A stretch of 64,000 nucleotides of DNA from an uncultured virus (IMG/VR IMGVR_UViG_3300030688_000021) (taxonomy: Duplodnaviria > Heunggongvirae > Uroviricota > Caudoviricetes). Within the stretch, counting starts at the first letter, position 1; the number at the start of each line of letters is the position of its first letter. Of this stretch, positions 56,820-64,000 are shown piece after piece. Location: IMG/VR virus record IMGVR_UViG_3300030688_000021. The stretch is one strand, 5' to 3'. The notes beneath the pieces were generated by a model. It did not search any database. It was not told the origin of the DNA and worked only from the letters and a program-made list of their open reading frames with translations. A program made the translations under genes and the position numbers.

Positions 56820-56876
56820 TTTACAGACCTTGGTCGGCAAGCTAAGATCAAGGTTATGAAATTCCTTGCTGAGGAG
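56820..56876 (+). promoter_or_regulatory. Sigma70-type promoter plus TTCCTTGCTGAGGAG
   Basis: TTTACA 56820, 17 bp, TAAGAT 56843; motif 56868. Confidence 0.8.
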
Positions 56877-56882
56877 CATCAA

Positions 56883-57470
56883 ATGATTTACACCACATTC
56901 TCTGAGCTTCGCAAAGCTGGTGCCTGTGTTGAGGGATACCGAAAGCTGGCCAGGCACCTTGGCTCGGTCGAGTTGTACGGCTGCGAAACACCGATTACGG
57001 TGCAGGTTATTTTGGAAAGCAATGACTTTGACGATGCCTTGTGGTCGCTGGCTAATGCTTGCGGACCGGAAGGCGAGAAGATAGCCCATGCTTTTGCCTG
57101 CGACTGCGCAGAGAGAGTTGTCCACCTTTACGAGGCCAAATATCCAGATGATCCTCGGCCCCGTAAGGCCGTCGAGACGAAGAGGGCTTGGTTGCGGGGC
57201 GAAGCATCCGATGGTGAGTTGGCCGCCGCCGGGGCCGCCGCCGGGGCCGCCGCCTGGGACGCTGCCTGGGACGCTGCCTGGGCCGCCGCCTGGGCCGCCG
57301 CCTGGGCCGCCAGGGCCGCCGCCAGGGCCGCCGCCTGGGCCGCCGGGGACGCCGCCGGGGATGCCGCCGGGGATGCCAGGGACGCCGCCGGGGACACCGG
57401 GAACGCCAGGGCCGCTGAACTTAATTGGCAGAAACAACGTCTCACTGAAATGTTAGGGGAAGAAAAATGA
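56883..57470 (+). CDS. Phage protein with AAW/AAG tetrapeptide repeats (Imm5-like core)
   Basis: GAC.EGY.KL, DDALW, FACDCAERV, DPRPRKA. Confidence 0.85.
   Translation: MIYTTFSELRKAGACVEGYRKLARHLGSVELYGCETPITVQVILESNDFDDALWSLANACGPEGEKIAHAFACDCAERVVHLYEAKYPDDPRPRKAVETKRAWLRGEASDGELAAAGAAAGAAAWDAAWDAAWAAAWAAAWAARAAARAAAWAAGDAAGDAAGDARDAAGDTGNARAAELNWQKQRLTEMLGEEK
57222..57415 (+). repeat. 12-bp coding tandem repeat (gccgccNgggMc)
   Basis: Visible tandem units encoding AAGA/AAWD/AAWA/AARA/AAGD. Confidence 0.9.
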
Positions 57471-57794
57471 CCGAGAAAAACCGATATCAAATTGCCGTCG
57501 ATGCGCGGCTGTGCGGGGCACGGAACGGCATGGTGATCGTGCTGGACGATGGAAGCCGGTGGCGACTGCGCGGCCTGACCATCGAACCCGTCGCCGTGTG
57601 ATAAGGGGAACAAGCCCGCGCAGCGGCTGCCGCCGGCTCTTGTGCCTCCGCTGCCAAATACGGTGGGCGGGAAACGCTGTGGCTGCTGCAACACCGCAAA
57701 GGAAAGTCCTACGGTGAGATTGCCGAAATGTTCAACGTGCCGCGTATCCAGGTTCTGGATGCGTTGAACCGAATTTTGAAGATGGAGCGACGGA

Positions 57795-58301
57795 ATGACT
57801 GACGACATCACCGCCCTGATCGAGCAGGGTAATAAGCTGGCCGATGACCTTGATGATGTTGAGGGCAACGGCTCTGATTTTGGCATTATGTCCTCAATTC
57901 GTGCGGAGCAGATCGCCTACTATCGGGGCAGCTCAGCGACCATGCTGCGGCTAATGGCTCAAGTTGAAGCCCTCGAAGACGATATTGTGACCGTCAGCCT
58001 ACGATCCCACGAGCGCGGGGAAGAGATTGCGCGGCTGCGGGAGGCTCTGATTACGCATCACCACTGGCACCTAGAAACTGGCGTGATCTTAAAAATTCCC
58101 ACGGGAGATGGCGATTTCGTTGAGCTGGACAACGCTGAGGAATATGCCGACAGCGCACTTTATGAACAGACGGCAATTGCCCTCTCGCCCAGCCAAGACC
58201 CGGAGCCTTGCCCGAAGTGTGGGGGCGTGAATTTCGTAAGCGACAGTCTCGGCAATCCCGTCCCTTGTGATTGCACCGGCAAGAAGGAGTCCGCATTATG
58301 A
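57795..58301 (+). CDS. Hypothetical protein with C-terminal zinc ribbon
   Basis: CPKCGG..PCDC; N-terminus shared with 461. Confidence 0.75.
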   Translation: MTDDITALIEQGNKLADDLDDVEGNGSDFGIMSSIRAEQIAYYRGSSATMLRLMAQVEALEDDIVTVSLRSHERGEEIARLREALITHHHWHLETGVILKIPTGDGDFVELDNAEEYADSALYEQTAIALSPSQDPEPCPKCGGVNFVSDSLGNPVPCDCTGKKESAL

Positions 58302-58544
58302 GCTTAGAACTGCTTGTTCCTTTATGCGCGTTATGGGCCGTTATTACGGCAAGCGTATTTGCGTTAACGCTATACGACGATGTGTTGCATAACGGCCGTA
58401 TCTCAGGAGAATATGTCCTGTGGGGTGTACTGTGGTCATTAGTGTGGCCATTGGGGTTTATTTATTTTGTCGTCTCGTCTCCTCTTCTCTTAATTGTGGC
58501 TGCTGGCAAGAAGTTTTCCGAAATAACGATTTGGGAACCCGGCC

Positions 58545-59213
58545 ATGAATGACAAGATGATCAAGCGGATTGGTGCAGCGCTGATCCCAGCGCTGACCGG
58601 TACTTACGATTGCATCCGCGTTTGGGAAGCGTGGTCAGTCGGGACAATGGGCGAAGACGACTTCGAGGAAGTCTCCGAAAACCCGGAACGGCTCAACGAA
58701 ATAGCTCAAGCGGTAATCTCCGCCCTCACCCCCGCCGACATCGTGGCCTTGGGTGCGCGGTGCTGGCAACCGATTGAGACAGCACCGAAGGATGGGTCGA
58801 AGATCATTCTGGCCCGTATCGGAGAAAACGAAGTTGGGAAAAATCTTGGCGTGTGGTGGGCGTGTTCTGGCTCATGGTCGGAGAAGTATTCGCGCTGGTG
58901 GGATGGTATCGAACCATGCGGGTTCAATCACCCCACCCACTGGATGCCACTACCCGCCGCGCCATCGCCTACTGGAAAGAAGGAGGTCAGCATGACCGAT
59001 TTTAATCTTGATGCCGCCGTGAACCGCTTCCTAGGCTGGAAGCTGCCCGATGATTTCAACCCAGATGGTGGGATCACCCGAAACTCGAAATTCAACAGTC
59101 TTAAGCCTACCGGCACCAACCTCCTGGACGCCACCCAGGCTCGTGAGATGCTGGCCTATGTGCTGGGGATCGAACACGGTGGGCCAGCCGCGCCTGCGCC
59201 GGGAGGTGAGTGA
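58545..59213 (+). CDS. Mosaic hypothetical protein containing DUF551-like module
   Basis: WQPIETAPKDG..PTHWMPLP; internal RBS/ATG at 58992. Confidence 0.8.
   Translation: MNDKMIKRIGAALIPALTGTYDCIRVWEAWSVGTMGEDDFEEVSENPERLNEIAQAVISALTPADIVALGARCWQPIETAPKDGSKIILARIGENEVGKNLGVWWACSGSWSEKYSRWWDGIEPCGFNHPTHWMPLPAAPSPTGKKEVSMTDFNLDAAVNRFLGWKLPDDFNPDGGITRNSKFNSLKPTGTNLLDATQAREMLAYVLGIEHGGPAAPAPGGE
58999..59166 (+). repeat. Direct repeat, copy 2 of 1-168
   Basis: Direct comparison. Confidence 0.95.
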
Positions 59214-59464
59214 TGAGCCAGGGACCAGAATGGGCGAATAGCCAAGTCATATACTCCGTCGTCATTGGTGACTTGGGCCAGGGGATAGAAACCCACCAAG
59301 TCGGGCGCAATGACGGGCAAGGTGTTACTCGGATCGAGGCGTGCACCAAGTCCGGCATGTACGCTGATATCCCCTATGTCCGCGTCTGGGCAGGCGAAGA
59401 TATCCTGGCCGAATATTGCCAGCACAACATCATCGGCGTGACGTTCGCGCCAGGGGGTGAGTGA
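59210..59464 (+). CDS. Hypothetical protein
   Basis: Bounded by two APGGE/GTGAGTGATG junctions. Confidence 0.7.
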   Translation: MMSQGPEWANSQVIYSVVIGDLGQGIETHQVGRNDGQGVTRIEACTKSGMYADIPYVRVWAGEDILAEYCQHNIIGVTFAPGGE

Positions 59465-59859
59465 TGAAAGTCCTGATGGTGTCTCTGTGGATGCGCCCGC
59501 ATGAAGTTCTGCCCATATGCCACTGCCAAACGAGGTTGTTCAAATGATCAAACCCGAGCTACTCGCGGCATTGAAGGCTGCCAAGGGGTGGAGTTACGAT
59601 CTTGGAACGGTGTTCCATAACGCCTTTCCCGATGTCCCGGTCGATAATGATGTAATGCCGTTGTGCCTAACATCGGTTGACGCCGCCCTGGCCTTTGCCG
59701 AGCGGATGTTGCCGGGGTGGTTCATAAAGCTGGAGATTTGGGCGGAATCGGCAAGCTGCCATATCGGGAAAAGCTGGTGGCCGGAGCAGACAGCCCCCAC
59801 CGTGCCGCTCGCCATCGTCATTGCCGTGGTCGAGGCGCTGACTGCGAATGAGGAAAGCA

Positions 59860-60072
59860 ATGCTGATTGACCGACTAGCAATGGCGGTTCATGCCGCCGA
59901 TGGACTTGAAGCCGAGGGGCTGAAGGTGGTTCCGGTGGAGGCTACAGAGGAGATGCTGGGGTGCCAGTGGGAAGGAGAAGAAGGCGATTTTGCTGAGACA
60001 CTCCGAGAACAGGCATTCGCCGACTGGAACTACGCCCTCGCCGCCGCTCCGAAGCCGGAGGAATTGCCATGA
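59860..60072 (+). CDS. Paralog of 1168-1443 lacking 28 internal residues
   Basis: Direct comparison. Confidence 0.7.
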   Translation: MLIDRLAMAVHAADGLEAEGLKVVPVEATEEMLGCQWEGEEGDFAETLREQAFADWNYALAAAPKPEELP

Positions 60073-60236
60073 TCGGCATTCCGAGCGGGTGGGAGGAGAT
60101 CGCGGCCTATGAGATGCAAGCTTCATTCGTGATTGGTCGCGCTGAAGATTACGGGCAGTATTTATGGACTTCACTTCCCAATGGCTGGTGGATACTCACG
60201 CACGACTGGACGATCAGCCAGGAGGACGCATCATGA
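60069..60236 (+). CDS. Small hypothetical protein, MIGI..SQxDA family copy 3 (not in ORF track)
   Basis: Hand translation MIGIPSGWEEIAA..WTISQEDAS. Confidence 0.65.
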   Translation: MIGIPSGWEEIAAYEMQASFVIGRAEDYGQYLWTSLPNGWWILTHDWTISQEDAS

Positions 60237-60815
60237 GCCAACACCGTTGTTACAGCAGTAGAGGCATCGTCTGCCCATATTGCGGACACCTCCACAATGA
60301 TAGTTGGGAATGGTTTCCGAATGGTGAGGGAGACAGAGAGGGAGAGTGCGAATCCTGCGAAAAGCCCATTTTCGTATCATTGTCCATCACCTATAATTAC
60401 ACATCAAAAGCTATGGGGGAATAAGTGATGGCTGATCTTCGGGAAGACCTTGCTCGGATTATATGCAATGCACGTATCGACTAAATCCGCCATGTCATGC
60501 TGGACGGACAAAGCGACGATGCGGCCATGGCTGAGAAATCGCATGGGCGGATTTTGCCTGGACGATCTTGCTAGGGGTTGCTTGGCATGGCTATCCGATC
60601 AGGACAGAACGGCGCATAATGGCAACGCCTGCGACGGGTGCGCGAGGCTAAGCGAGGGGGACTGATAGATATGAGCAACGATCCTGGGTTTTGGGGAACG
60701 GTTCTATTTTGGGATGTTGCCGCACTTGTGGCATATTGGCTATACACGCTGATGGTGCCGCCGAATAGGCCGTAACCATTCTTGATCCAGATTTTAGCGC
60801 CGCAAACCCGGTCGT

Positions 60816-61265
60816 TCAGGGCCGGGATAGGCGCGTTTTTCCTTCCTTTTTCTCCGGCGGTCCTTCCCGTTGCTGCTCGATGTACTGCTTCACGATTTCC
60901 AGCGGAGCGCCGCCGCAGGATGCAGCAAAATAGGACGGGCTCCAAAGGTGGTTGCCCCAGAGCTTGCGCTTTACCTCTGGGAAGTTCTGTTGCCGCAAGC
61001 GGCGACTGGAGACGCCTTTCAGGCTGTTCACCAGCTTGGAAAGCTGCACGGTGGGCGGATACTCGATGAGCAAATGAACATGGTCGTCCTCGCCGTTCAC
61101 CTCCTTCAGCACCGCGTCAAACTCGGCGCAGACGCCGAGGAAGGCGTCTTTTAGCACGACATGAACACGATCTGTAAATACGCCTCTCCGGTATTTTGTG
61201 ACGAAGACCAAGTGAACATGAAGCGCAAAAACAACGCTCCGCCCCCTACGGTATTCGGTATCCAT
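60816..61265 (-). CDS. tnpA: Y1 HUH transposase
   Basis: HLVFVTKYRR, DHVHLL, KGVSSR, LWSPSYF, YIEQQ. Confidence 0.96.
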   Translation of the reverse strand: MDTEYRRGRSVVFALHVHLVFVTKYRRGVFTDRVHVVLKDAFLGVCAEFDAVLKEVNGEDDHVHLLIEYPPTVQLSKLVNSLKGVSSRRLRQQNFPEVKRKLWGNHLWSPSYFAASCGGAPLEIVKQYIEQQREGPPEKKEGKTRLSRP

Positions 61266-61304
61266 TCGCTTGCCTCCATGAGTTAGACCTATTATACTCA
61301 TGGC

Positions 61305-62525
61305 ATGGTTACGCTCAAGGCATACCGCTATCGCTTGTATCCAAGCGCCGAACAGGAAGCCCTGTTTCGGCAGACGGTCGGCTCGTGCCGGTTCGTCTAC
61401 AATCTTTGCCTTGAGCAACGTCGCCTGGAATGGCATCGCAGCAATCCGCGACGCCTGACCGCCTATGACCAGATTAAGGAACTCCCGGCGCTCAAGGATG
61501 AAGCGCCCTGGCTGCGTGACGCTCCCAATCACCCGCTTCAGCAAGCGGTCGTCGATCTGGAAAAGGCGTTCAGGAATTTCTTCGACGGTCGCGCCAGCTT
61601 CCCGAAATTCCGCAAACGTGGTGACCGCGACAGCTTCCGCTATCCCGATCCGAAGCAATTCAAAATCACGGCGGAGCGGGTTTTCCTGCCCAAGGCCGGG
61701 TGGGTGGATTGGACCCAGCATCGCCCGATGGAAGGCAAGCCGAAAACGGCCACGGTCTGCCGTGAGGCGGATTGCTGGCATGTCTCGATCCAATGCGAGA
61801 TCGAGGCGGCGGATCCACTGCCTAATCTCGGCCCTGCCGTGGGAATCGACCTGGGAATTGCCAAGCCACTCGTCCTTTCGACCGGCGAATTGGTCATGCT
61901 GCCGCGCACCAGCGAGAAGGAGCGGCGCAAGCTGGCAACCTTGCAACAGCGGTTGGCGCGGCGGGACAAAGGCTCCCAGAACCGGCGGAAGGCCAAGATG
62001 GCCGTTGCCCGGTTTCAGGCGAAATTGACGCGGCGGCGCAAGGATGCCGCCCACAAGGCGACGACGACAATTGCCAAAAACCACGGCCTTATCGTCGTCG
62101 AGGATCTGAAGGTGCGCAACATGACGGCCAGCGCGGCGGGAACCGTCGAGGAACCGGGCCGCAATGTCCGGGCCAAGGCAGGTCTCAACCGCTCCATGCT
62201 GGATGTCGCGCCTTCGCAAATCCGCCAAATGCTGGAATACAAGGCGGCTTGGCATGGCTCCCGGCTTGTCGCTGTGCCTGCCGCCTACACCAGCCAGCGA
62301 TGCAGCGTCTGCGGCCACGTCCACAAGGATAACAGGCGGACGCAAGCCGAATTCCTGTGTCTGGAATGCGGCCACGCTGAAAACGCCGACACCAACGCGG
62401 CGAAGAATATTCTCAGTCTTGGACTGAAAACCGGAGGACTTCCGGGGATGGCCTGTGAATCGAACCGCGTTAGCGGTCGGAAACAGGAAAAGCGGGCCGT
62501 GAGGCACCGAAGCTCGGCCCTTTAG
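61305..62525 (+). CDS. tnpB: TnpB RNA-guided nuclease
   Basis: YRYRLYP, GIDLG, VEDL, TSQRCSVCG..CLECG, NADTNAA. Confidence 0.96.
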   Translation: MVTLKAYRYRLYPSAEQEALFRQTVGSCRFVYNLCLEQRRLEWHRSNPRRLTAYDQIKELPALKDEAPWLRDAPNHPLQQAVVDLEKAFRNFFDGRASFPKFRKRGDRDSFRYPDPKQFKITAERVFLPKAGWVDWTQHRPMEGKPKTATVCREADCWHVSIQCEIEAADPLPNLGPAVGIDLGIAKPLVLSTGELVMLPRTSEKERRKLATLQQRLARRDKGSQNRRKAKMAVARFQAKLTRRRKDAAHKATTTIAKNHGLIVVEDLKVRNMTASAAGTVEEPGRNVRAKAGLNRSMLDVAPSQIRQMLEYKAAWHGSRLVAVPAAYTSQRCSVCGHVHKDNRRTQAEFLCLECGHAENADTNAAKNILSLGLKTGGLPGMACESNRVSGRKQEKRAVRHRSSAL

Positions 62526-62578
62526 GGCCGAGAGTAGTCACGGGTTGTTTGCACTTTATGCAAAGAAGGGGGGATTTG

Positions 62579-62818
62579 ATGGCAAACGGACGTAAGACGC
62601 CCAAGGATTGGGCCAGTGAGGCCGCAATCAAGCACTGTCTGCATTATGGGGCAGAGTGCACTATTGCCGAGGTTGTCGCCGCAGCGTTGGCCGATAGCCC
62701 GTGCGGGACATGCGCCCATAAGGGCGGGAGGGAAGACGGGAATTATGACGAACTGTGCGGGGAGTGTCGGTTCTTCTATGGGGATCGTTACCGGGAAATT
62801 GGGGAAAATGAGGAATGA
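62579..62818 (+). CDS. Small Cys-containing hypothetical protein
   Basis: RBS aaggggg; CGTC..CGEC. Confidence 0.55.
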   Translation: MANGRKTPKDWASEAAIKHCLHYGAECTIAEVVAAALADSPCGTCAHKGGREDGNYDELCGECRFFYGDRYREIGENEE

Positions 62819-63378
62819 ACACGTATGATAAAATTGAAATAGCAATCCGTCGTGCGGTAAATCACGTAGCATCGTCAACAAGAAGTGACGTTTGTAAGGT
62901 TTGTATAGACCCCCAACTAATGACGCGCCAATATATGGAACATTCCATTAAATGTTGTGGTCATGCCATATTTCATTCAGAGATGAGGTGTTACCATTGT
63001 CGCGCAAATATTCATTTAGATTATTCTGATTGCGGGCACATTTACGCTATGGAACAATCATGGTCCAATTAAATTATGATGAGATATGATCAATGGTAAG
63101 GTTTGTCGTTGGAGTGTATGCCCTAATCTCCGCATGCGCAGTAATCATTGTAATTGCCGCTTTTACCAATGTCTTTGGGTTGGGAACGAAAACTGTTTTT
63201 GCGCCGATTGGTACGGGTCATTCCATGAAATCCAGCAATACAACGACGCCATGGGGCCGAGAAGAATAAGCGTATTGACGCGACATGTGGCGCGATATAT
63301 CGTTTGGCTTCCTATCTTGACATTCTCCCCAAGACAACTTCCCCGGATGCGCCTTGAAACGCTCCGGGGTTTTTCTTG

Positions 63379-63714
63379 TCAGGCGTTAGAGTCTTCTATC
63401 CCCAACCGATCCTCAATCTCACGCTCGCGGTCAATGATCTGCCGCAACAGCGCGACCTCTGCCAACAGCGTGTTGTGATCCTGAATTGCCCTGGCCTCGC
63501 TGCCTCGGTTCAGGACGGCCTGCCCAACCATGATCACCGAGAGCATGACGCCCTGGTAATAGCTGGACGAAATGGCATCGAAGATTTCTTTCAGATGGGG
63601 GTTTGTCCAGCAATAAAAACACACGACAGAAAACGCCACGCTGAATTCCATAGAGCCGATAACGACGGTTAGCCAGGCTGCGATTGCGTCTCGGCAACGG
63701 GTGTATGTTCTCAT
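63379..63714 (-). CDS. Membrane protein, DUF1003-like
   Basis: IA.WLT..IGSM, SS..Q.VMLSVIMVGQ. Confidence 0.6.
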   Translation of the reverse strand: MRTYTRCRDAIAAWLTVVIGSMEFSVAFSVVCFYCWTNPHLKEIFDAISSSYYQGVMLSVIMVGQAVLNRGSEARAIQDHNTLLAEVALLRQIIDREREIEDRLGIEDSNA

Positions 63715-63774
63715 GATGATATTCCAGTGATTTGAGTGTGAGCGAAAAAAATAGCGCGACGCCAATTTCCCCTA

Positions 63775-63840
63775 TTGACTTCGGATTAGCGACACGCTAA
63801 TATCACTTCATCAAGACGGGATGATCCCGCAAACTGAGGA
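63775..63840 (+). promoter_or_regulatory. Sigma70-type promoter with hairpin over the -10 and CTGAGGA RBS
   Basis: TTGACT 63775, 17 bp, TAATAT 63798; attagcg/cgctaat inverted repeat; ATG 63848. Confidence 0.7.
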
Positions 63841-64000
63841 AAAGACAATGACCAGAACCGTTATCATCAATGGAACCGCCGTCGCCATGCCAACACGCGC
63901 AGTTGCGTATAAGCACGCTGATCCGACGGAAGATGCGCGTTGGGTCTACGATGATGACGAGGCTAGGGAGATTGCCCGAGAGGATATATCTCTGATTGTC

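Larger units (their letters stand above)
60787..62541 (+). mobile_element. IS200/IS605-family insertion sequence, complete
   Basis: Target TTGAT 60782-60786; left guide CAAA 60803 then hairpin; right guide GAAG 62509, hairpin 62513-62532, terminal TCAC 62538-62541; divergent tnpA/tnpB. Confidence 0.92.
1..64000. mobile_element. Tailed bacteriophage genome (myovirus morphotype), near-complete gene set
   Basis: Contiguous terminase-portal-capsid-sheath-tube-baseplate-lysis operon on the - strand; replication genes on the + strand; no host housekeeping genes, integrase or repressor recognised. Confidence 0.97.

Noticed and set aside
57222..57415. Possible CRISPR array or DGR variable repeat
   Set aside because: Tandem coding repeat without spacers; no cas operon or reverse transcriptase in the window
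56817..57886. Pro/Gly-rich or collagen-like ORFs
   Set aside because: Alternate frames of the 12-bp GC-rich repeat within 56883-57470
60816..62507. 563-aa minus-strand ORF as a giant transposase
   Set aside because: Only the last 149 aa (from ATG 61265) are TnpA; the rest is the antisense shadow of tnpB
60785..62551. IS excision would create an in-frame ATG for the ORF at 62549
   Set aside because: No RBS before the junction; a better RBS precedes ATG 62579, so probably coincidental

Overview
The window is most of a GC-rich tailed-phage (myovirus) genome, probably infecting an alphaproteobacterium. The + strand carries early, replication and nucleotide genes (1-27.2 kb and 53-64 kb): ATP-dependent ligase, ThyX, family A DNA polymerase, PD-(D/E)XK and DEDD nucleases, VRR-NUC, SNF2 helicase, a methyltransferase/pyrophosphatase/kinase/thymidylate-synthase-like/dCMP-deaminase cluster, and a primase-helicase. 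The - strand carries the morphogenesis and lysis operon (52.6->27.2 kb) from terminases through head, contractile tail and baseplate to holin, endolysin and spanins. A complete IS200/IS605 element (tnpA+tnpB) lies at 60787-62541. Most notable observations: (1) ORF 3070-4116 is a string of short conserved motifs of terminase, MuF and DNA polymerase A on a coiled coil, a candidate decoy of phage-sensing immune receptors; (2) about ten similar sigma70 promoters are followed by an extended RBS GCTGAGGAG, and a structured element upstream of the primase carries its exact antisense plus two hairpins displaying GCTGAG loops; (3) ThyX co-occurs with an Asp-type (dCMP-specific) thymidylate synthase homolog, predicting modified cytosine in the DNA; (4) the portal is fused to a pyrophosphatase-like domain and an ADP-ribosyltransferase follows MuF; (5) both window ends are shuffled, boundary-conserved mosaics of the same small genes. 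Family names come from motif recognition by eye; no searches or folding calculations were run.
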